Positions 25,840 to 32,000 of a stretch of DNA of 32,000 bases are shown here, one piece after another. The DNA lies in assembly GCF_900232105.1 (NCBI RefSeq), contig NZ_LT934425.1, positions 270,001 to 302,000 of the forward strand, written 5' to 3'. Position 1 is the first letter of the stretch. Each line of letters starts with the position of its first letter. The notes below the pieces were generated by a model that worked only from the letters and a program-made list of their open reading frames with translations, had not been told where the DNA came from and made no database searches. The stretch is from Candidatus Kuenenia stuttgartensis. GTDB taxonomy: Bacteria; Planctomycetota; Brocadiia; Brocadiales; Brocadiaceae. The position numbers and the translations under genes are program-made.

Positions 25840-27843
25840 CGTGAGTTTATCACAAAATAAGGCATGAAGCAACGTAACATAAATACAGTCAATGCGTTAA
25901 GCACAACATCAATTGTATACACTGAGTCCTTGAAGTTTCAGCCGATGTTTGTGGAAATCCATAATGCCTAACGCATTCATCAACAGAGATTCCTTGTCGG
26001 ACATTTCTTCCAATTTGTAGGTAGCCTTAACTCTCCCTCTGGCCTTTGTTTCTTCAAGCATAGCAGAAAGCCTTATATTATTAAGGGTGTCTAACAGGGT
26101 ATCTAACGTTCCACTAAATTGTGCGTGCGCTTTTGCCTGATACCACACAATCGCCGCCATTAGGTATCCGAGGACGCAAATAAAAAAATGCACCCTGATT
26201 TTCTGATCCGTCCAGTGAAATTGCGGTTTTAAAGCAAGGTGATAGGGGTTCTTGAGATTTCTAAAGGCATGTTCAATTTTTGATTGCCCATAGTAGGCTT
26301 TTATAATGTCCGCGGTATCCCAATCGTGATGGTCTGTCATAAGAATCCTGAACCCCAGTTCCCCTTCTATTTCTTCGAGCTTTTTCTGGTCGATTGAAAA
26401 ATTCAATTGAAACTTGCCTTCAGATACCTCTTTTAACGACCAATCGATAACATCCTTCGCAAATTGACATTTCACTACACTTCTTATCGTATCCTCCAGA
26501 CCCTCTTTGTCCCGCATCTTTCCCTTTGGATTACACAGATGCTGCTGTAAGAGCTTTAACTGATGTTCTGCCTTTTCCAGAGACTGAGACATTCCCCTTA
26601 ATTGCCCAACCTTTAATTTCTCGGAAATAAATACGACAACGGTTCTTTCCTGCCCCCAAATAACCCGTTTGTCATGGTACACCTGTATCTTACTGCCGTC
26701 AACGTCATATTCCCTGAAATTACACATGGCATCCCCTACCAACTGCTTGTGATGATACGGTGTAAGCGCTCCAACGTAATGCAATGCCAATCTCTCTACA
26801 ATAGCCATATTGTCCATGGAATTGTTTCCACGATCAAAAACAATAGTGTGCTTTTTGCTGTCGAAACCTAATCCGGTCATCCTGTCTTTTATCGTCTCAA
26901 GAACCGCGCTGAACACCTTTGCATCCGCCATGTTCCCCTGATAGGTATGGTGAAACAACGGTATCATGTCGTTACGTGTAACGACCATCGCCAACCCGAC
27001 CTGCCTGAGATCGTATCGCTTTTGTTTGTTTTTCCCCCGCCGGGCAATAGTGCATCGCAGATTAGTTGTGTCGATATACGTGAAAAAATTGGTTGTATCA
27101 AAAAACAGTGTGTCGCTTTGAAGGTTGTATGTTTTAAATGTCTTTTCAATTAATTCGCGCTCGATTTCTGCAATGGATTCTTCAGGAAGTGCATCCATCA
27201 AATCCCAGAAATGCTGACTGTCTATTTTACTCAAGCTGTGTCTGAGTAAGTATTCGGCAGTAGTCGTCTTTGCCCAATCCCACCATCCTCTTTTGCTGGT
27301 AGGCACACACACTCTCCCCACGGCACCCAACAAGAGGGTACTTCCGGCGGTCAGATTATTTCGAACAGGTTTTTTAGCACAATACTGCCGTGGCGACTTT
27401 ATATATTTATTAATCACGGAAGGGACGTCCAGGGCATTGGCCACACTTAGCAATGCGGCTACCGCGCCATGTGAATAAGATTTGAGCCGTAATTTTTCGG
27501 TAAGACCTTGCAGTTGTTTTAATAAATCGTCTGCCTTGCCAAGATAGGCCAGGACGATGGGCCTGGGCTTGCCGTTAACGCGCCGCGATTCGACAATATA
27601 CCAATATTTATAACCTCTGGAGTTTTTAGATTGAATGGTAGCCATGGCTATTAGTTGTTAGTGTATACGTAATAGATTAATACTCCGTGTATAATAGTAT
27701 ATACAGGCATATAATGCAATATAAATATAGTATTATTCAGTGTATACATAATTTTTTAGACAAAAAAAGTCGCAACCCGATACAAATCATTGGATTGCAA
27801 CTTGATGTCTTTGTCTTACACCTTATTTCGTGATAAACTCACG
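25840..27843 (-). mobile_element. IS1634-like insertion sequence, 2004 bp
   Basis: Terminal inverted repeats CGTGAGTTTATCAC(A/G)AAATAAGG at both ends; flanking 4-bp direct repeat CTAG at 25836-25839 and 27844-27847. Confidence 0.9.
25909..27645 (-). CDS. DDE transposase, IS1634-like (IS4 superfamily)
   Basis: SRRVNGKPRPIVLAYLGKADDLL, DTTNFF, IVFDRGNNS, ADIIKAYYGQSKIEHAFRNLKN. Confidence 0.93.
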   Translation of the reverse strand: MATIQSKNSRGYKYWYIVESRRVNGKPRPIVLAYLGKADDLLKQLQGLTEKLRLKSYSHGAVAALLSVANALDVPSVINKYIKSPRQYCAKKPVRNNLTAGSTLLLGAVGRVCVPTSKRGWWDWAKTTTAEYLLRHSLSKIDSQHFWDLMDALPEESIAEIERELIEKTFKTYNLQSDTLFFDTTNFFTYIDTTNLRCTIARRGKNKQKRYDLRQVGLAMVVTRNDMIPLFHHTYQGNMADAKVFSAVLETIKDRMTGLGFDSKKHTIVFDRGNNSMDNMAIVERLALHYVGALTPYHHKQLVGDAMCNFREYDVDGSKIQVYHDKRVIWGQERTVVVFISEKLKVGQLRGMSQSLEKAEHQLKLLQQHLCNPKGKMRDKEGLEDTIRSVVKCQFAKDVIDWSLKEVSEGKFQLNFSIDQKKLEEIEGELGFRILMTDHHDWDTADIIKAYYGQSKIEHAFRNLKNPYHLALKPQFHWTDQKIRVHFFICVLGYLMAAIVWYQAKAHAQFSGTLDTLLDTLNNIRLSAMLEETKARGRVKATYKLEEMSDKESLLMNALGIMDFHKHRLKLQGLSVYN

Positions 27844-27847
27844 CTAG

Positions 27848-29473
27848 AGACCAGCCGGTTCTCCCCTCAATATGCCCTTCAACCCACCAGCCATCCAATA
27901 CACTGAAACTGGGGACGCCGTTATGTGCTGCCTTCATACCGGAAGTACCGGATGCCTCATTTGGTCTCTGCGGGGTATTTAACCAGAGGTCTACCCCTGA
28001 GGTTAACATCTTTCCCATATCTATGTCATAATTTTCCAAATATATTATTTTTACCTGCCCCTTCAATTGTCTTATGCTTGAAAAAATCCTCTTAATCAAC
28101 TCTTTACCAGGCAAATCCTGCGGGTGTGCTTTGCCTGCAAAAACAAATTGTATGTTACCAACCTCCTGCGAAATAGTTTTCAGCCTGTTTACATCAGAAA
28201 AGATCATATCCGCTCTCTTATACAGGGTTGCACGTCTGGCAAATCCGATGGTAAATACATCGTAATGAAAGCCTGCATTTGCTTCTTTATTTATATAATC
28301 AATAAGTATCTTCTTTGCCTTCATGTGTGCCTGCCATATTTCGATTTTTGGAATACTTAAGGCGTATCTCAGACTGAAAGAATCGTTTCTCCACCCTGAT
28401 ATATATTTACTATACAACTCCTTAAAACTATCACATGTCCAGGTATTCGAATGTACTCCATTCGTTATAGAATCGATGGAATATCCCGGGAACATTGATT
28501 TAGATACTTCGCCATGCTTTTTTGCAACACCATTGATATATTTACTTAAGTTCAAGGCAAGTAATGTCAAATTTAACCTCTCTTCTCCACCAAGCATCTT
28601 CATAATATCAAAAGGCATATAGTCCCCTAAAACACCCTTTACCAAATCATAGGAAAACTGGTCGTGTCCTGCCGGCACCGGAGTGTGTGTGGTAAATACA
28701 CAGAGGTTCCTTACCTCATCGAATTTCCATATTGTTTCATCCTCTGTTCTCCGCATTCTTAATAATTCCAATGTTAATAAGCTTGCATGACCTTCATTCA
28801 TATGATATTTCCTTATTTTTGAATGGCCTAAATCATGCAACATCCGCAAACCACCTATTCCCAAAATGATTTCCTGAGCAAACCGGTACTTCAGATCTCC
28901 TCCATACAGATAATCATTCAGTCCCCTGTCATATTCACTATTTTCTTCAAGGTTTGTATCTAAAAATATGACCGGCACACGGTGGCCGGTTATGCCAATG
29001 ACCTCATATTGCAAGGCACGAATAAAGACTGTCCTGTTTTCTATCCTTACACTGACCCTGTTCGTCAAAGGAGTAATGAAATCTTCGGGATACCATTGAA
29101 CAGGCATTTCTTTCTGATTCCCAAGAGTATCTAGTTTTTGATAGAAATACCCTTTCTCGTATAATAGGGTAACCACTACCATAGGCACTTTCAGATCAGC
29201 ACAAGACCTTATGGTATCCCCTGCCAGTACGCCCAATCCCCCGCTATAGGTGGGAATATGAGATTCAATACCAACTTCCATGGAAAAGTATGCAATCTTT
29301 CTTTCCTGCTTTTCGCCTAAAGGAATGAATATGTCTCTTTGATTTAAATATTGTTCAGGAAATTTCTTGAACTCGTCTCTACATAACTCCGAGCAAAAAC
29401 AAAATTTCTGATCTTTATATTCATATGCGATCTCTTTTTTTGCTGACATACCACAAACCGGGTCTTTCATCAT
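27848..29473 (-). pseudogene. YHS domain-alpha-glucan phosphorylase, 5' part interrupted by IS
   Basis: MKDPVCGMSAKKEIAYEYKDQKFCFCSELCRDEFKKFPEQYL (YHS) then IAYFSMEVGIESHIPTYSGGLGVLAGD, HMNEGHASLL, GTSGMKAAHNG (phosphorylase). Confidence 0.9.
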
Positions 29474-29637
29474 CCTTCACCTTTTAAAAAGTTTACTTTC
29501 TTATAACACATCCCAGCCCCCTCTTTTTAGAGTGGAGATAAAAAGTCCCTTCTAAAAAGAGGAGACTTAGGGGTGTGTTTTAACACTAAAATGCCCCCTT
29601 GCTCTATAAAACCAGAAATCCTTAATTTTATTGAGTT

Positions 29638-29662
29638 TTTACAAAAAACTAAAGTGTTACAA
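29638..29662 (+). repeat. Solo copy of dispersed MITE arm motif
   Basis: TTTTTACAAAAAACTAAAGTGTTAC closely matches arms at 20723 and 25357. Confidence 0.5.
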
Positions 29663-29788
29663 AAAATTAAAAGGACAATACAATAACACCTTTGTAAATT
29701 TTTCATCTTCTCGTGTATTTTGGGTAAAAATGTTTTTTGACTTCCTCAAAAAAAACCCCTTATAACACCCAATGTCATTGTCCTTACT

Positions 29789-30340
29789 CTATTTTTCTGT
29801 CTTCTTTTGTTCATTTTTACAAAGAGGGCAGGTCAAAAAGTCTATATCACATTCATCACAATGCTGGAGAGTCCATTCCTGTGTCTTTTTCTTGCAATCA
29901 GGGCATTTCATCTCCCACTTGGAAAATGCTTTGGCTTTGACATGTCTGGACTTTACTATTTTACATTTAGGACATTTTGCCTCTTTCGTTTCTGCTTTCA
30001 ACTTTGCGGATTCCGCCTTGCACATTACACAAACCAACGCATCTTTGTCACATTCATCACAATGATGAACGTCAAATTCCGATACTTCTTTTTTGCAATC
30101 AGGGCACACCATGCCCATCGGAGCAACTGTTTTCCCTTTCATTGGCCCTAAATGCCCTTTTTTACAAGAGGGACACATCGGTAGTTCAATGGTCTCCGGT
30201 ATCTGACGTTCCTGTGCCAGTGGTTTTACACTATGTTTAAATGTTTCTTCTTCCGAATACGCATAATTATTGCCCCATAAAACTGCGGAAAATATCACCG
30301 CACTAAAAAAAACCGGTATTGACAACTTTTTGTTTTTCAT
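29789..30340 (-). CDS. Exported cysteine-rich protein with two ungapped 55-aa CxxC repeats
   Basis: Signal peptide MKNKKLSIPVFFSAVIFSAVLWGNNYAYSEE; four CxxC pairs per repeat, eight total. Confidence 0.8.
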   Translation of the reverse strand: MKNKKLSIPVFFSAVIFSAVLWGNNYAYSEEETFKHSVKPLAQERQIPETIELPMCPSCKKGHLGPMKGKTVAPMGMVCPDCKKEVSEFDVHHCDECDKDALVCVMCKAESAKLKAETKEAKCPKCKIVKSRHVKAKAFSKWEMKCPDCKKKTQEWTLQHCDECDIDFLTCPLCKNEQKKTEK

Positions 30341-30628
30341 TGCTATCTACTCCTTTGTTTTTATATAAAACGCAACAAATAAAAAATGAATCTTCGTATT
30401 TACTCCAGACTTCCCCCCCTTTCCGTTAAAAATTCAGCATTTAAAAAAACAGATAACAGTTCAGTCTACCGCAGAGAACGCTGCGATCGCAGAGGTTTTA
30501 AGGAGATAAAAACAGAAAATTATGCAGGTACACATTGTATTTGTTTTCTCCGCGTCCTCTGCGGTGAACTATTACAAAATAGGGTGCATTCCCGATTGTT
30601 TGTAAGCGTTCATGGAGTCGGGGCAAAA

Positions 30629-30663
30629 CAACCCTGACAGGGTTTGAAACCCTGTCAGGGTTG
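30629..30663. repeat. 35-nt palindrome, 17-bp perfect arms
   Basis: CAACCCTGACAGGGTTT-g-AAACCCTGTCAGGGTTG. Confidence 0.9.
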
Positions 30664-31022
30664 ACACTACTGCAACGTTTTATTGAAACATGGCAGAAAT
30701 CACAAAAAATCGGGAATACACCCCAAAAATAGAATGTTTCCTGACACCATGCCACGATTTTCCAGGTTCATACCTTCTGTATCGTTTAACGTCTCAATAT
30801 TTCATTCTATTTTAAATATTTAATATATATGAATCTTATGCTAGGGAAATCGTTGATTAATATCAAGAAGAAACTTAACTACCAACAAAATTACATGCCT
30901 TTGTTTTCAAAACAAACATAGTGTATTTTACACCATTTAAACTATGTGAATACTGCTATTTATGGGTTTCATTTCATTCAACCTAACCCACACCTACTGG
31001 AGTAGGACTTATTTGTAAGTAA

Positions 31023-32000
31023 TTATTCAATTACCCGCCAGGCTACAGTACCTTCCTGTTGTTGATACCAGCCAGGGTCATCGTAGCTGGTAATGTCATC
31101 GCGAACCTTTAACACGGTAAACATACCGCCCATTTCGACTGGTCCAAACGGCCCTTTTCCTGTCATCATGGGTAGTGTATTTTTTGGCAAGGGCATGTTC
31201 ATCACTGCCATCCCGGACATGCCGCTCTCACCCATGGCCATATAATCCGGCAGCAGGTTTTGTATTTTCCGTTCCACTCCACTCTGATTTACACCGATCA
31301 TGTTTGGTACGTCATGCTTCATGGCGTTCATAACGTGGTGGTTCTTGTGGCAATGCAAAGCCCAGTCCCCCGGAGCATTTGCCACAAATTGTATGTCACG
31401 CGTAGTACCTGGTGGAACGTTAACCGTGGTTTCAGGCCATTGACCCGAGGCTGGAATGCGCCCTCCATCCGTACCGGTAATCTTAAAATTATAGCCGTGC
31501 AGGTGGATCGGGTGGGAGTCCATGCTCAGATTGGCGACTCTGATTCTCACCCTGTCTCCCAAACGGACTACCAATGGCGCCGTGCCAGGGAACACACGAC
31601 TGTTGAATGTGAAGAGGTTAAAGTCGGTCATGATGTTTGGATTCGGAGTACTTGTGCCGGGTTCGACAAACCATTCCTGAAGAAAGATACAGAAGTCCCG
31701 GTCGATCCTGGGCTGTTCTGGTTCTTTTGGGTGTATAATGAAAAAACCTTCCATCCCCATTGCCATCTGCACCATCTCGTCCGCATGCGGGTGATACATC
31801 TGTGTACCATGCTGACGGAGCGTAAATTCATAGACATAGGTCTCGCCCGGTTTGATTTGCGGCTGGTTCAATCCCCCGACGCCATCCATACCATTGGGCA
31901 GGAGTACGCCGTGCCAGTGGATCGTGGTATGTTCTGCAAGCTTGTTGGTGACTAAGATACGCACACGGTCACCTTCCACCGCTTCGATGGTAGGGCCTGG
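31023..32000 (-). CDS. Multicopper oxidase (partial; 5' end beyond the window)
   Basis: TIHWHGV, MYHPHADE, HPIHLHGYNF, ALHCHKNHH copper motifs; frame stays open to 32000 (PGPTIEAVEGDRV), so the ORF-track start at 31979 is probably an internal GTG. Confidence 0.92.
   Translation of the reverse strand, partial: PGPTIEAVEGDRVRILVTNKLAEHTTIHWHGVLLPNGMDGVGGLNQPQIKPGETYVYEFTLRQHGTQMYHPHADEMVQMAMGMEGFFIIHPKEPEQPRIDRDFCIFLQEWFVEPGTSTPNPNIMTDFNLFTFNSRVFPGTAPLVVRLGDRVRIRVANLSMDSHPIHLHGYNFKITGTDGGRIPASGQWPETTVNVPPGTTRDIQFVANAPGDWALHCHKNHHVMNAMKHDVPNMIGVNQSGVERKIQNLLPDYMAMGESGMSGMAVMNMPLPKNTLPMMTGKGPFGPVEMGGMFTVLKVRDDITSYDDPGWYQQQEGTVAWRVIE

Noticed and set aside
26674-27478. Short plus-strand ORFs across the IS
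   Set aside because: Antisense to the 578-aa transposase, no motifs, no RBS; not treated as accessory IS genes.
31260-31955. 231-aa plus-strand ORF opposite the multicopper oxidase
   Set aside because: Antisense to a gene with four intact copper motifs; composition (many H, R, V) mirrors the His-rich sense strand.
1-32000. CRISPR array, tRNA or rRNA genes
   Set aside because: No regularly spaced 24-40 nt repeats with unique spacers, and no cloverleaf or rRNA-like stretch recognised by eye; the short repeats at 908-1025 are 11-bp phased without spacers.

Overview
Four regions are visible. (1) 1 to about 8.6 kb is an accessory integrative or satellite-like element. It carries a prim-pol ORF plus SF3/D5 helicase split by an apparent -1 frameshift, ribbon-helix-helix and HTH proteins, a TubC_N-like protein, a Dam-type N6-adenine methylase, a small minus-strand membrane-protein cassette and a tyrosine integrase. 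No capsid or tail genes are seen, and the left boundary lies outside the window or is unrecognised. (2) About 8.7 to 23.7 kb is chromosomal: homoserine dehydrogenase, an ApgM-like phosphoglycerate mutase/putative homoserine kinase analogue, GpmA, a Uma2-family protein, a formate/nitrite transporter, and a histidine kinase / repeat lipoprotein / sigma-54 response regulator operon resembling glrK-qseG-glrR. These are followed by a sulfotransferase, rnpA-yidD, a TPR lipoprotein and an M16 peptidase. (3) 20.6 kb and 25.2 to 25.4 kb carry nested inverted-repeat (MITE-like) structures. (4) The right part holds a cytochrome c'-like protein, an IS1634-like element with recognisable ends, a cysteine-rich exported protein with eight CxxC pairs, and a partial multicopper oxidase. 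The IS splits a YHS-domain/alpha-glucan phosphorylase gene. The strongest sequence-level observations are the A_AAG_GGC slip site joining primase and helicase, the exact reconstruction of the IS empty site (CTAG duplication), 11-bp iteron-like repeats at the start of the element, and a shared hairpin/T-tract/TTACAGGAGG leader before element genes. All assignments are from motif recognition by eye; no database search was run.
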